Assembly: GCF_039654945.1 (NCBI RefSeq)
Contig: NW_027361840.1
Location: 8,742,001 to 8,806,000 of the forward strand
Direction of reading: 5' to 3'
From: Dendrobates tinctorius
Taxonomy: Eukaryota
DNA length: 64,000 nucleotides
A program made the translations under genes and the position numbers. The notes beneath the pieces are model-generated. The model saw nothing but the letters and a program-made list of their open reading frames with translations. It did no database searches and was not told the origin of the DNA. The stretch's first letter is position 1, and every line of letters starts with the position of its first letter. This document shows positions 48,301 to 60,823 of this stretch, piece after piece.

Positions 48301-50667
48301 AACCTCTATACTAACCATGGAAGAATCTATAATGTCTCCAGTCGCTCCAGAAGAAGGTCAGCAGTTTACATTACTCATGGAGGAAGGTCAGACATCTATA
48401 ACTATCAAAGATGGTGAAATGTCGTCAATGTCCGTGGAAGTAGCGGAACCTTCTGCAATTAACGCGGATGATGCAAACCTAGCTGAATTTAGTATGAATA
48501 GTGCTAAAATACCTGCAGTGACCATGGAAAAACTTTCTATATTTACCATTGAAAGCATGAATCCAGCTGCGGTGACCATGGAAGATGCAGGACCAGCTGC
48601 GGTGACCTTGGAAGGTGCAGGACGAGCTGCGGTGACCTTGGAAGGTGCAGGACGAGCTGCGGTGACCATGGAAGGTGCAGGACGAGCTGCGGTGACCATG
48701 GAAGGTGCAGGACAAGCTGCGGTGACCATGGAAGGTGCGGGACCAGCTGCGGTGACCATGGAAGGTGCGGGACCAGCTGTGGTGACATTGGGAGGTTCAA
48801 AACTGGCTGCAGTGACCAAGGAAGGTGCACGACCCACTGCAGTGACCACGGAAGGTGCACGACCCACTGCAGTGACCATGGAAAGTGCACGACCCGCTGC
48901 AGTGATCATAGAAGATGCAAAACCAGCTGCAATAACCAAGGAAAGTGCACGACCCACTGCAGTGAGCATAGAAGCTGCAATAACTAAGGAAAGTGTAGGA
49001 CCAGAAGCAGTGACCATGGAAGGATTGAGACCAACAGCAGTGACTATAGAAAGGTCAAGACCGACATCGGTAACTATGGAGGATGCAGGCCTTGCTGTAT
49101 TGAGCGTGAAGGGCGCCAGACCGACTGCGTTGGCTGTGGAGGGCAAAAAACTGACATCACTTATCATTGAGGGTGAAGGCCTGGCTGCTGTGACCATAGA
49201 AAGTGTGAGACCGGCTACGGTGACCATGGAAGGTTCAATACCGACTGCAGTAATCGTAGATGATGCAACACCGGCAGTGGTGACAATGGATAGTGTGACA
49301 CCGGCCGTGGTAACCATGGAAGGGGCAAGACCAACTCTAATATCCACAGAAGAAGAAAAGCCATTGGCATTGATCATGGATGAAGTGAAGTCATTATTAC
49401 GGATCATGGATATTAAACCATCGGCATTATCTGCCAAGGAAGCACAAACGTCATCCTCATTCAGGGAAGGTGCAGATCTGTCTCCGATAACCATGGAAGA
49501 ACCTAAAATCCATATATTATCCATTGAGACAATTCAAAATGATCATAATCTTCAAGAAAGCAGATCAGAACACTTTAAGGAGAGAAACTCTGTGCACATC
49601 CCTATCCCCAGCACGCCTGCCATACTGGAAGATAACAGAAAGAACGTTCCCGTTCCAAAAACAGAGAACCAGCACCCTTCTTCCGATTCCAATGTCAGCA
49701 CCAGCCGTCCTGTACCCATAAAACCTAAAAACAAAGGCAAAGCCCTCATAGAGGGTAACGCAGCACAAGAGAGCCAAATGCTTGGCCCAGCCAAACCCAA
49801 GGAGCCAGAAAAGCCTGCAACGCCCGCCGCTCCGTCCATACACCCCACAGTAGAAAAGCAGCTGGTGGCGAGCTTTGTAGAGAGGCCGGACAGTCGGCAC
49901 CAGGGACCCGGATACAATCGAGCCCCCGGGCACGGAGACTACTCGCGAGTGGATGGATTCCAGGCAGCAGAAGACTTGTCTGACCTAGGATGGGACTTCT
50001 CTCAGCCTGAAAAGCCGAGCAGCACTTACCAGCCCCCGGACAGTAGCTACATGTACTTTTGCTACCAACAAGGAAGCAGCGGCCACGATCCTTCACACAA
50101 TTATGTCGGTGACAACGGATATTGGAATTCTAGCTACCCCAGCAAGCACGACGACAAGTACAGCAAGCCGTCCGGCCAACTCCCCGACTCCGTCACCCAC
50201 TGCTATAATGAAGATGACGACGATGAAGAGTACGATTACTCCTGGAATAAGGATCACATGCACGAGATCGGACACCATCCTAAAGCTTTCCCCAATAAAT
50301 CCAGGGAGAGCAGCTCGGTGCAAGCGCATGAGATCAGCAGCAACTCCATAAAGGACCACGGACCGCGCACTGACAAGAGAGAGACGCTGGCCCGCGAGCG
50401 GTCAGACATGAAGGAACGAGGACCACCTAAGAAAAGGAGGCAGGAGTTAGAGAGCGACTTGGAGAACGATGCTGAAGCGCTAGAGAGAAGGAAAATGAAG
50501 GCTGAAGCCGGTCTAGTGGACTCGCCAGCCTCAAAGCATGGCCACACGGGACCCATCTGCTGCATGGAGGACTTCAGGGACCCACAGCACTGGAAGGATT
50601 GCTACAAGCTGGGGAAGATGCCGACATACTTCGACCTGATAGAGGAGAATGTCTACCTGACTGAGAG
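45395..50667 (+). CDS. setd2: SETD2 giant exon (5,273 nt; N-terminal disordered region up to the start of AWS)
   Basis: ttttgtag|GCC... open to ...ACTGAGAG|gtatgg. SETD2 motifs include RFLPKGTKSKVNLEEQGRQKVSFSF, ELGKIHFKKHLL, GSESDEDSV, the RS region, RNRLQSVVVVPK, GWDFSQ and YFDLIEENVYLTER. Confidence 0.97.
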
Positions 50668-50712
50668 GTATGGCCAGCACTTACTGCACCTACCCCAAAT
50701 CTGCTGATTGTG

Positions 50713-51095
50713 TCTCTGCAGAGCATCGCTCCTCACCTCCTGACAGTGATATATCCTGCAGATTATTACACCACTGACCTCTCTGCAGAGCATCGCTCCT
50801 CCACCTCTTGACATAGTGATTTATCCTGCAGATTATTACAGCACTGACCTCTCTGCAGAGCATCGCTCCTCCACCTCCTGACAGATACATAGTGATATAT
50901 CCTGGAGATTATTACACCACTGACCTCTCTGCAGAGCATCGCTCCTCCACCTCCTGACAGATACAGTGATATATCCTGCAGATTATTACACCACTGACCT
51001 CTCTGCAGAGCATCGCTCCTCCACCTCCTGACAGATACATAGTGATATATCCTGCAGATTATTACACCACTGACCTCTCTGCAGAGCATCGCTCC
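50713..51095. repeat. About 70-bp tandem repeat filling the intron after the giant exon
   Basis: Recurring CCTCTCTGCAGAGCATCGCTCCTCCACCTCCTGACAG...GATTATTACACCACTGA. Confidence 0.9.
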
Positions 51096-51177
51096 TTCAC
51101 TTGCTTCATATTACACACTGACTTCTCTCCTTCCCCGTTGCAGACTATCTGTCCCTACTGTGATTTCTGTTTTGTAG

Positions 51178-51309
51178 GAAGAAGAATAAAAGTCACCGGG
51201 ATATAAAGCGAATGCAGTGCGAGTGCCCGCTGCTGTCTAAGGAGGAGCGGTCTCAGGGCGAGGTGGCCTGCGGAGAAGACTGTCTCAACCGCCTGCTCAT
51301 GATTGAATG
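51178..51309 (+). CDS. setd2: SETD2 exon (AWS domain), 132 nt
   Basis: KKNKSHRDIKRMQCECPLLSKEERSQGEVACGEDCLNRLLMIE(C); ag/gt boundaries in phase. Confidence 0.97.
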
Positions 51310-51550
51310 GTAACTGCTCCTGTGCCCGGCACAATCTCGCCATCTGTAGATCTGCACCTCTGACCACTGTTTTCTGTAGAGTCAATCTGTCCGCGCTTGA
51401 CCAGTGTGCACATGTCTGTAAAAATTCGGGATTGCCATCAGTCCCCAAATAATTTTGTTCAAAAAACTGGAAATCACCAATGAGGAGAGAAGGGGATGCG
51501 GCTGCAGCTTCTCATTGTGAGATGAGCTAAGCATTCTGTGAGAGGGAAAC

Positions 51551-52637
51551 GGGGAGAAGGCATCGCAGGCCGGGGTGCTGGGCGCAGGCCGTGGGGAGAA
51601 GGCGTCGCAGGCCGGGGTGCTGGGCGCAGGCCGTGGGGAGAAGGCGTCGCAGGCCGGGGTGCTGGGCGCAGGCCGTGGGGAGAAGGCGTCGCAGGCCGGG
51701 GTGCTGGGCGCAGGCCGTGGGGAGAAGGCGTCGCAGGCCGGGGTGCTGGGCGCAGGCCGTGGGGAGAAGGCGTTGCAGGCCGGGGTGCTGGGCGCAGGCC
51801 GTGGGGAGAAGGCGTCGCAGGCCGGGGTGCTGGGCGCAGGCCGTGGGGAGAAGGCGTCGCAGGCCGGGGTGCTGGGCGCAGGCCGTGGGGAGAAGGCGTC
51901 GCAGGCCGGGGTGCTGGGCGCAGGCCGTGGGGAGAAGGCGTCGCAGGCCGGGGTGCTGGGCGCAGGCCGTGGGGAGAAGGCGTCGCAGGCCGGGGTGCTG
52001 GGCGCAGGCCGTGGGGAGAAGGAGTCGCAGGCCGGGGTGCTGGGCGCAGGCCGTGGGGAGAAGGCGTCGCAGGCCGGGGTGCTGGGCGCAGGCCGTGGGG
52101 AAAAGGCGTCGCAGGCCGGGGTGCTGGGCGCAGGCCGTGGGGAGAAGGCGTCGCAGGCCGGGGTGCTGGGCGCAGGCCGTGGGGAGAAGGCGTCGCAGGC
52201 CGGGGTGCTGGGCGCAGGCCGTGGGGAGAAGGTGTCGCAGGCCGGGGTGCTGGGCGCAGGCCGTGGGGAGAAGGTGTCGCAGGCCGGGGTGCTGGGCGCA
52301 GGCCGTGGGGAAAAAGCGTCGCAGGCCGGGGTGCTGGGCGCAGGCTGTGGGGAGAAGGCGTCGCAGGCCGGGGTGCTGGGCGCAGGCCGGGGTGCTGGGC
52401 GCAGGCCGTGGGGAAAAGGCGTCGCAGGCCGGGGTGCTGGGCGCAGGCTGTGGGGAGAAGGCGTCGCAGGCCGGGGTGCTGGGCGCAGGCCGTGGGGAGA
52501 AGGCGTCGCAGGCCGGGGTGCTGGGCGCAGGCCGTGGGGAGAAGGTGTCGCAGGCCGTGGGGAGAAGGTGTCGCAGCCCGGGGTGCTGGGCGCAGGCCGT
52601 GGGGAGAAGTCGTCGCAGGCCGGGGTGCTGGGCGCAG
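51551..52637. repeat. 42-bp G-rich tandem repeat (about 25 copies)
   Basis: Unit GCAGGCCGGGGTGCTGGGCGCAGGCCGTGGGGAGAAGGCGTC. Confidence 0.97.
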
Positions 52638-53325
52638 GGATATCAGAAGTGCATGTGGCCAAGAGAACAAGCAACTCATCAGCTGGAGCCAGTAGGTCTG
52701 GCAGCATGGGGGTCTCTGCACAAAGCAAGAGAAGGTACCCCAATGTATTCAAGGTTATGTTCACACGTAGGGTTTTTTCATGTGGCTTTTAGTGGTTTGC
52801 ATGAAACATATAGGCTATGACCAGAAAGCTGCAACAGAAGTTTTAAGTGTGTTTTGGTGCTAACACATTTTTGATCTCCATGGTGTAAAACTGCAGTAAA
52901 AACACTCCTAGAATTGCTTTGCTGCTTTAAGAAAAAAAAAAAAGCACCACAGGTCACAAACCGCAAAGGAAAAAATCCGCCTTGTGACTCAGACTTTATA
53001 GAATTGTTTCAGATTGCAGCTGCTGTAAACCGCTTTTTATTCCGCATTCAAAAACGCTGTGTGTGAACAATCTCTTATTTCCTGTCTCACCGGGGGTATT
53101 AATATGAAATCTGCGTCTGGTGGGGGATGCGAGACACTGCGCTCAGCGAGGAGGCCCCCCGAGAGCGACAGCTAGGGTCTGCAGTTGTATATTACAAATG
53201 AAGCCCATTATAAGGACTTATTAGGAATTAGCGGATTGTTGTAGATCTGCATGCGCATGAGGGAGAGCCGAGCATATGGATCTGTGTGCCGCTCGTCTCA
53301 TGACTCTTCTCCTGTTATTTCCCAG

Positions 53326-53454
53326 CTCATCGAGGTGCCCGAATGGAGATTATTGCTCCAACCGACGTTTCCAGAGGAAGCAACATGCCGACGTTGAATG
53401 CATCCTGACTGATAAGAAGGGCTGGGGCCTCCGAGCCGGCAGAGACCTAAAACC
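53326..53454 (+). CDS. setd2: SETD2 exon (AWS/SET), 129 nt
   Basis: [42 protein letters not shown](P). Confidence 0.97.
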
Positions 53455-54053
53455 GTAAGCTTATGGTAGATCCACCTGCCCTGAGGGGTTAACAGGGCCC
53501 GGCTGGTATTGGGGTTGCTAGCCAAAGTTGTCTGCCATTTCTGCATTCTGAAGAGCCGCCTGATCTCACCCATGGAACATTCGATTTGGTCTCAATCTTC
53601 ATCTAATTACTTCCAGTCCACCCGTAGACTTACAATGTTTGGGTCAGCCGCATGTTACTCAGCAACGATGATCTGAAGCATCACCGCCTAACAAGCGGTG
53701 GCCTGAGATCGGAGCGGGGAGCCGCTGTCAGACACAGCCAGACTCCACATAGAGAAAGCAGAGAGGCTTTATTATCACCTCTGCCTTCCTGGTCACGCTA
53801 TACACCACGCTGGACAAGCGTTCCTTCTCCAGACCAAGCAATCGTGTGATCGCCAGGTGCTTGGGGGGGCGCAGGAGCAAATTATTACAAATGTTAGGCC
53901 CCACGCATGATGACAAAAAAAAACCACAAAAATGATTTATGTATATTCAAAGGAGAAAAATATTAAATCTCATGAAAACCGCAAAAAACATCAAAATGTA
54001 CCAGGAACGAGGAAAATGTCTGTCTTGGATGATTCTGGATTTCCTTCCCACAG

Positions 54054-54177
54054 GAACACGTTTGTGCTGGAGTACTGCGGAGAGGTACTGGACCACAAGG
54101 AGTTCAAAGGCCGCGTGAAGGAGTATGCCCGCAGCAAGAACATCCACTATTATTTCATGGCTCTGAAAAATGATGAG
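54054..54177 (+). CDS. setd2: SETD2 exon (SET), 124 nt
   Basis: NTFVLEYCGEVLDHKEFKGRVKEYARSKNIHYYFMALKNDE. Confidence 0.97.
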
Positions 54178-54209
54178 GTGAGAGGAGTAGTCTGGGGGGC
54201 AGTAATAGA

Positions 54210-54680
54210 GGGAGGATGGACGCGACGGAGTGTGTAGGCGAGGATGGAGTCGATGGAGGGGGCGGCAGAGCAGGCAGGGGAGGATGGAGGTGGCATGGCG
54301 GAGGGGGCGTGCAGGTGAGGATGGAGTCGGCGGCGAGGCGTGCAAGGGAGGATGGAGTCGGCGGCGGGGCGTGAAGGGGAGGATGGAGTCGGCGGCGGGG
54401 CGTGAAGGGGAGGATGAATTTAGGGGCTAGCAGAGGAGAATGGAGGTGGCGGGGCGTGGAGGGGGCGCGCAGGCGAGGATGGAGTCTGCGGCGGGGCGCG
54501 CAGGCTAGGATGGAGTCTGCGGCGGGGCGCGCAGGCTAGGATGGAGTCGGCGGCGGGGCGCGCAGGCGAGGATGGAGTCGGCGGCGGGGCGCGCAGGCGA
54601 GGATGGAGTCGGCGGCGGGGCGCGCAGGCGAGGATGGAGTCGGCGGCGGGGCGCGCCGGCGAGGATGGAGGGGGCGGGCA
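54210..54680. repeat. About 31-bp G-rich tandem repeat
   Basis: Unit GCGCGCAGGCGAGGATGGAGTCGGCGGCGGG. Confidence 0.88.
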
Positions 54681-54790
54681 TGTGAGTATATGCTGCTCAC
54701 GTCCATCCTGGGGCAGCGGCCATCTCTCCCAGACAGTCCAATCTCTTCCAGCGATGTCTTCATTGATCACGTTCTGTGTTTTTCCCACAG

Positions 54791-54868
54791 ATTATTGACG
54801 CAACGCAGAAGGGAAACTGTTCGCGCTTTATGAATCATAGCTGTGACCCCAACTGTGAGACACAGAAG
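54791..54868 (+). CDS. setd2: SETD2 exon (SET, NHSC motif), 78 nt
   Basis: [26 protein letters not shown]. Confidence 0.97.
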
Positions 54869-54956
54869 GTGAGGCTGGAGCTGGGGGGCACGAACCATCG
54901 TGCCTGCAGCTGGGTGGATCCTGACCTAATGTCACTCTGCTTTCTGCCCTGTGTAG

Positions 54957-55054
54957 TGGACGGTTAATGGACAGCTCAGGGTGGGCTTTTTTACCACCAG
55001 ACTGGTGCCAGCTGGCGCTGAGCTGACATTTGACTACCAGTTCCAGCGATACGG
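54957..55054 (+). CDS. setd2: SETD2 exon (SET, ELTFDY motif), 98 nt
   Basis: [32 protein letters not shown](G); follows an 88-nt intron. Confidence 0.97.
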
Positions 55055-55352
55055 GTAAGGACCACTCTTATAACATACCATAGAAAATTCAATATTATTT
55101 ATACTTTTTTTTGTTTCTCTCTTTGGGACCTCATGTTGGTTTCCAGCACCAAATGACTGGGTGCTTTTTGTCCTTGCAATATCGGAGGGATAGCCAGACC
55201 CATATCCTCCGTCGCCCCTGTGGTGTTCACCTTACAGGGCTGCTCCCATCCTGTTCTCCGCTCCTGTATGGCAACCATATTGGCTTTCTGGCTCATGTAT
55301 TTCAATGCTCTTAGCGATTGTAATAATTCCCATTCTCTCTCATATGTTGCAG

Positions 55353-55479
55353 TAAGGAGGCTCAGAAATGCTTCTGTGGATCGGCGAACTGCAGAGGATA
55401 CCTCGGAGGGGAGAATCGTGTCAGTGTCCGAGCAGCTGGGGGCAAGATGAAGAAAGAAAGGTCCCGCAAGAAGGATTCT
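55353..55479 (+). CDS. setd2: SETD2 exon (post-SET), 127 nt
   Basis: KEAQKCFCGSANCRGYLGGENRVSVRAAGGKMKKERSRKKDS. Confidence 0.97.
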
Positions 55480-55767
55480 GTGAGTGTCCCGTGTACTGGA
55501 GAGAGAGCCTCAGTGTAATGATGGTCCCTTATTTCAGCACCAGTCCTCTTATCCCACCATGTGGAAGGTCCTGACAGGACTTCTGTAGCCTCATTGCCTG
55601 GCGTCTGTGTCCCTGTACATTGTAGGCCCCATCGTAGAGATGTCAGACTCCTCACATAAGTGTATCTGTGTGCATCCAAAGTTCTGATAGTCCAGAACTC
55701 TTAGTGTTCTGGATTGTGCCGGATTTTCAGAATGTCACATCACATTTCCTCTCTGCTGTGAATCCAG

Positions 55768-55902
55768 GTGGACGGAGAGCTGGAGGCCCTGCTGGAGAAC
55801 GGAGAAGGTCTGTCGGACAAGAACCAGGTGCTCAGCTTATCGAGGCTCATGGTCCGAATTGAGACTTTAGAGCAGAAGCAAACCTGCCTGAAGCTGATCC
55901 GG
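55768..55902 (+). CDS. setd2: SETD2 exon, 135 nt
   Basis: VDGELEALLENGEGLSDKNQVLSLSRLMVRIETLEQKQTCLKLIR. Confidence 0.97.
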
Positions 55903-56446
55903 GTGAGAATCCAGAACGGCTCCGCTGTTATAGGAGTGTGCGGCTGTTACTGAACACGGGGCGTCCACATTGTGTGTTAAATAACATCAGAGTTTATTCC
56001 GAGACCGCAGCATTTCTGCACAGTTTGGGAAATAGTTGACCAAAAAAAGCATCACACAACTGCCTTGTGAGGCTGTGCCATCAGCCCAGGAGACCCCCCC
56101 CCCCGAGGTCCAGATACACCCACCCGGTCCGAGCTCAGCCCATTTTCTCTTGCCCCAAGGGATTGTGCACAGTGGGATATATTTACCATGCACAAGTAAT
56201 TGTTCCAACACTAGCAAGCAAGTCGTGCACCTGATTAGTCTGGAGGTTTAGACACTTCATACACCTCCTTGGATATGTCAATCAGTAGGGTGTGAAGCAC
56301 ATGGCTGCACTCTCCCCTCTAGTGATAGGGGTCCACTGCTCTGTACCCCACCAATTACCTCTGTGGTGATGTATACATATGGTTTATGTGCTGCAGATTA
56401 TGGCCGTCGGCTCCAGGTTCACCCTCTGCCGCTTTTCTCTCCTCAG

Positions 56447-56575
56447 AATACACAGTCTCAGTCCTGCCTCAAGTTTTTCCTGGAGTGTCACGGATTGTCG
56501 CTCTTGTGGATCTGGATGGCCGAACTTGGAGACAACCAGGGGAACACAAGTTCCAGCATCCGGCTGCAGCTAGAG
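56447..56575 (+). CDS. setd2: SETD2 exon, 129 nt (last one seen in the window)
   Basis: NTQSQSCLKFFLECHGLSLLWIWMAELGDNQGNTSSSIRLQLE|gtcagg. Confidence 0.95.
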
Positions 56576-56914
56576 GTCAGGGCTCTGTGAGCACTTTATT
56601 TATTAATCTTCTACCTATGCCTTATTATGTCTGGTCTTTTACTCCAGTCACACCAAAAGCTGCACCAGATGTCACCGCCAATCCCTGATCTTTCTATCTG
56701 GCACTTGCTGCTTGGGATCTTGGCTTTATTAGCAGAGTTGTGAATGCTGCTCTGGAAATTGCTGAAGCAAACATCCTGTGCAGTATCCGTAAATGTCGGG
56801 CTCTATTCATATGATCTGCAGTTTCTGCGATAGAAATTCCCCCTGACCTATATGCCCAATGCACTAATAGACTTAATGAACCAATACACAAGAGTATCGT
56901 GGGGTAGAGTATTT

Positions 56915-57446
56915 CTGAGTGCCCGACGTCCACAGATGGGGGTTGTGCTTACAGCCCAACACCATGCAGGACACTTGGCATTTGCCACAGCACACCAGGA
57001 TTGGCAAATTAGCCACTGGCGCCCTGTGCTCTTCACAGATGAAAGGAGGTTCACACTGAGCACATGTGACAGACGTGACAGAGTCTGGAGACGCCGTGGA
57101 GAGCGCTCTGCTGCCTGCAACATCCTTCAGCATGACCGGTTTGGCAGTGGGTCAGTAATGTTGTGGGGAGGCATTTCTTTGGAGGGCCACACGGTGTTGG
57201 GCTATGAGCCCAACCCCCATCTGTGGACGTCAGGCACTCAGACCATCCTCATGGAGTTGGTTTCTAACCGTTTGTGCAGATACATGCACATTTGTGGCCT
57301 ACTGGAGGTCATTTTGCAGGGCTTTGGCAGTGCTCCTCCTGTTACTCCTTGCACAAAGGCGTAGGTAGCGGTCCTGCTGCTGGGTTGTTGCCCTCTTACG
57401 GCCCCCTCCACGTCTCCTGGTGTACTGGCCTGTCTCCTGGTAGCGG
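56915..57446. mobile_element. Rearranged Tc1-like transposase fragment (two segments in opposite orientation)
   Basis: Plus-strand WRPVLFTDERRF...SVMLWGGIS (56915-57190), followed by the upstream part of the ORF on the minus strand (57190-57446). Confidence 0.75.
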
Positions 57447-58580
57447 TTAAAAAAGGCGCCCTGTTAGTCTGTGGGGACTTTAACATCACCCTTTGCCCCA
57501 ACATTGACAAATCGGTACCCCCTCAAAAGAAACAAAATACCTGATCACTCTCTCAGACCCTCCTAGCGGAAGAACTCTGGCGGGTTCTGCAGACTCTGAG
57601 TGGGATTACACCTTCTACTCACACTCACATAGTTTATTCCAGAACTGATCTAATGGTCACAGATAAATGGTTATTACAGGACATCCAAAAGGCCACGATA
57701 GGGAACATCACCTGGTTGGACCACGCCCCAGTCTCCTGCCAAATTACAGAGGGATACAACTACCCGACATATTCCCCATGGAGAGTGAATAACTATCTAA
57801 TCGCGTCCCATAAAATTATGCCCCATTTACAGGACGTACTAACAAAATTCTTCACAATTAATAACACACCTGATGTGCCCACATCTACAGTATGGTGCGC
57901 CCACAAGGCCAGCATCCGGGGTAAACTGCTCCAAATAGCGTCCCAAAATAAAAAAAGTGAGACTACACCAAATAGAGGAAATTAATCAAAACATAACCGC
58001 AATAGAAGAGACACACAAACATAGCGCCACAAACACAATATTCCAAGAATTACAGAAACGAAAGTATGAATTATACCAAATGCTCCAACATGAATATGAG
58101 CACAATCTACGGAAAAGGAAAGCCAAATATTACTGGCCGGGTAACAAAGCGGGCAAAATATTAGCCAACAGAATTACTCCCAAAATGACCACACAACGGT
58201 TATCCCACATACAGAACAACCAAAAAATAAAATGTATAACCCTAAGGAGATCGCTAGTACCTTCTCACATTATTACTCCTCCCTCCATAATCTGCAGGAA
58301 AATACCGCAATACCACAACCCACCCCCCAACTAATAAATCAGCTCTTAGAGAGTGTAAAACTGCTTAAAATACCAGAGGACACAATTACATACAGTGGGT
58401 ACGGAAAGTATTCAGACCCCTTTAAATTTTTCACTCTTTGTTTCATTGCAGCCATTTGGTAAATTCAAGAACGTTCATGTTTTTCTCAACCCATCTTAAC
58501 TGATAAAAAAAAACAAATGTAGAAATGTTTGCAAATTAATTAAAAAAAAACAAAAAACTGAAATCTCACATGGTCATAAG

Positions 58581-59080
58581 TATTGTGTCCAGTTTTGGGC
58601 ACCACATTTTAAAAAAGACATCAACAAACTGGAGCAAGTTCAGAAAAGAGCGACCAGAATGGTGACCGGTCTGCAAACCCTGTCTTATGAGGAAAGGTTG
58701 CAGGATTTGGGAATGTTTAGTTTGCAAAAGAGAAGACTGAGAGGAGACTTAATAGCTGTCTACAAATATCTCAAGGGCTGTCACATTGTAGAAGGATCAA
58801 CTTTATTCTCATTTGCACAAGGAAAGACTAGAAGCAATGGGATGAAACTGAATGGGAGGAGACACAGATTAGATATTAGAAAAAACTTTTTGACAGTTAG
58901 AGTGATCAATGAGTGGAACAGGCTGCCACGAGAAGTGGTGAGTCCTCCTTCAATGGAAGTCTTCAAACAGAGGCTGGACAGACATCTGACCGGGATGATT
59001 TAGCGAATCCTGCTTTGAGCAGGGGGTTGGACCAGATGGCCCAGGAGGTCCCTTCCAACTCTACAATTCTATGATTCTAT
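58581..59080 (+). mobile_element. 5'-truncated CR1 LINE (3' end)
   Basis: LSYEERLQDLGMFSLQKRRLRGDLI...WNRLPREVV; 3' UTR ending in an ATTCTATG-type tail. Confidence 0.93.
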
Positions 59081-59220
59081 TCAGTCTCTTTGCTCAGACA
59101 CGCATATGTAAGTCACATGCTGTCCATTTCCTTGTGATCCTCCTTGAGATGGTTCTACTCCACTGGAGTTCAGCTGTGTGTAATTACACTGATAGGACTT
59201 GATTTGTAAAGGCGCACACC

Positions 59221-59271
<51 letters not shown>

Positions 59272-59275
<4 letters not shown>

Positions 59276-59687
59276 AGTTTTACATTTGCGTCTTTGTGCG
59301 CAAGTAGAAACGCATGCAAAAACGCACATGCGCTTTTGTTTTGTTAAAACGCTTGCGCATAAAAAACGCAGTTTCTAGACATGTTTACTCTTGAAACGCA
59401 TGCATATGCATGTCCATGCGCACATCTGCGTTCCCATAGACTGTAATGCGTTGTTTTGACGCATTCCGTGCACAAGCGTACGCATGCGTTTTTTTGACGC
59501 CTTTGGGCGGACCCAAAAATGCAACATGTTTCGTCCTGCGCGTCTAGACGCACACCTGGAAAAAACGCATGCGCACGAAAATGCAGACAAACGCATGCAA
59601 ACACAAGACCATGCATACGCCATGTTAAACATAGGTACGCATGCGCACGGATGCGCTGCGCACAAAAACGCTAATGTGAAACCAGCC
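59272..59687. mobile_element. Palindromic MITE next to a (TA)n tract
   Basis: ...TACATTTGCG ... CGCTAATGTGAAACCAGCC-TAA; internal inverted symmetry. Confidence 0.7.
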
Positions 59688-60474
59688 TAAGACCTCACAG
59701 CTCACAGTGCATATCACACCAAATGAGAATAATGAAGTCAAAGGAACTGGCCAAGGAGCTCAGAGACAGAATTGTGGCAAGGCACAGATCTGGCCAAGGT
59801 TGCAAAAGAATTTCTGCAGCACTCAAGGTTCCTAAGAGCACAGTGGCCTCCAAAATCCTTACATGGAAGAAGTTTGGGACCACCAGAAGTCTTGCTAGAC
59901 CTGGCCGTCCAGCCAAACTGAGCAATCGTGGGAGAAGAACCTTGGTGAGAGAGGTAAAGAAGAACCCCAAGATCACTGTGGCTGAGCTCCACAGATGTAG
60001 TAGGGAGATGGGAGAAAGTTCCACAAAGTCAACTATGACTGCAGCCCTCCATCAGTCAGGCCTTTATGGCAGAGTGGCGCGACGGAAGCCTCTCCTCAGT
60101 GCAAGACATATAAAAGCCCGCATAGAGTTTGCTAAAAAAAAACACATGAAGGGCTCCCAGACTATGAGAAATAAGATTCTCTGGTCTGATCAGATGAAGA
60201 TAGAACTTTTTTGTGATAATTCTATGCGGTATGTGTGGAGAAAACCAGGCACTGCTCATCATCTGCCCAATACAATCCCAACAGTGAAACATGGTGGTGG
60301 CAGCCTCATGCTATGGGGGTGTTTTTCAGCTGCTGGGACAGGACGACTGGTTGCAATTCAAGGAAACATGACTGCGGCCAAGTACAGAGATATCCTGGAT
60401 GAAAACCTCTTCCAGAGTGCTCTGGACCTCAGACTTGGCCGAAGGTTCACCTTCCAACAAGACAATGACCCTAA

Positions 60475-60823
60475 GGGTCCAGTTTCACTTAGCGACGCAC
60501 CAGCAATCCCGACAACTATACGACCTGGTAAGGATTGCTGGTGCGATCCTCGGCGGTCGTTGGTACCTTGTCACACAGCAGCTTTTCTGAACGATTCCTG
60601 CCTGAGTTCTGCGTCGCCAACGAGGTTGCTCGTCGGGTCAAACACAGCGATGCGCGCTGGGAAGCGGGACACCGACGATGAAAAAATGGCCCAGGACATT
60701 CGAGCACGATCAGCGATATACAGCGGGGGGGCCGGTCGCCGCTGCGTGTCACATGTAGCGAGATCGCTGGCGCGTCACAAAATCGATGACGCTTCAGCAA
60801 TCTCACTATGTGAGACTGGGGCT
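60475..60823. mobile_element. PIF/Harbinger-type MITE inserted in the Tc1 catalytic domain
   Basis: TAA-GGGTCCAGTTTCACTTAGCGA ... CTATGTGAGACTGGGGCT-TTA; the flanks rejoin as GACCCTAAGCAC (DPKH). Confidence 0.82.

Noticed and set aside
8372-49340. Common origin of the intronic 30-bp array and the SETD2 exon 30-bp repeat (both contain AGCTGC-GTG and GGAAG)
   Set aside because: Only short words match and they need a 6-nt gap; the remainder is unrelated, so chance similarity is sufficient.
48388-49524. 378-aa antisense ORF over the SETD2 exon repeat
   Set aside because: It is a shadow of the repetitive sense frame and has no independent gene signals.
45494-50707. The 1737-aa ORF as a complete single-exon gene
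   Set aside because: The true exon is 45395-50667 with splice sites; the ORF starts at an internal GTG and runs into the intron.
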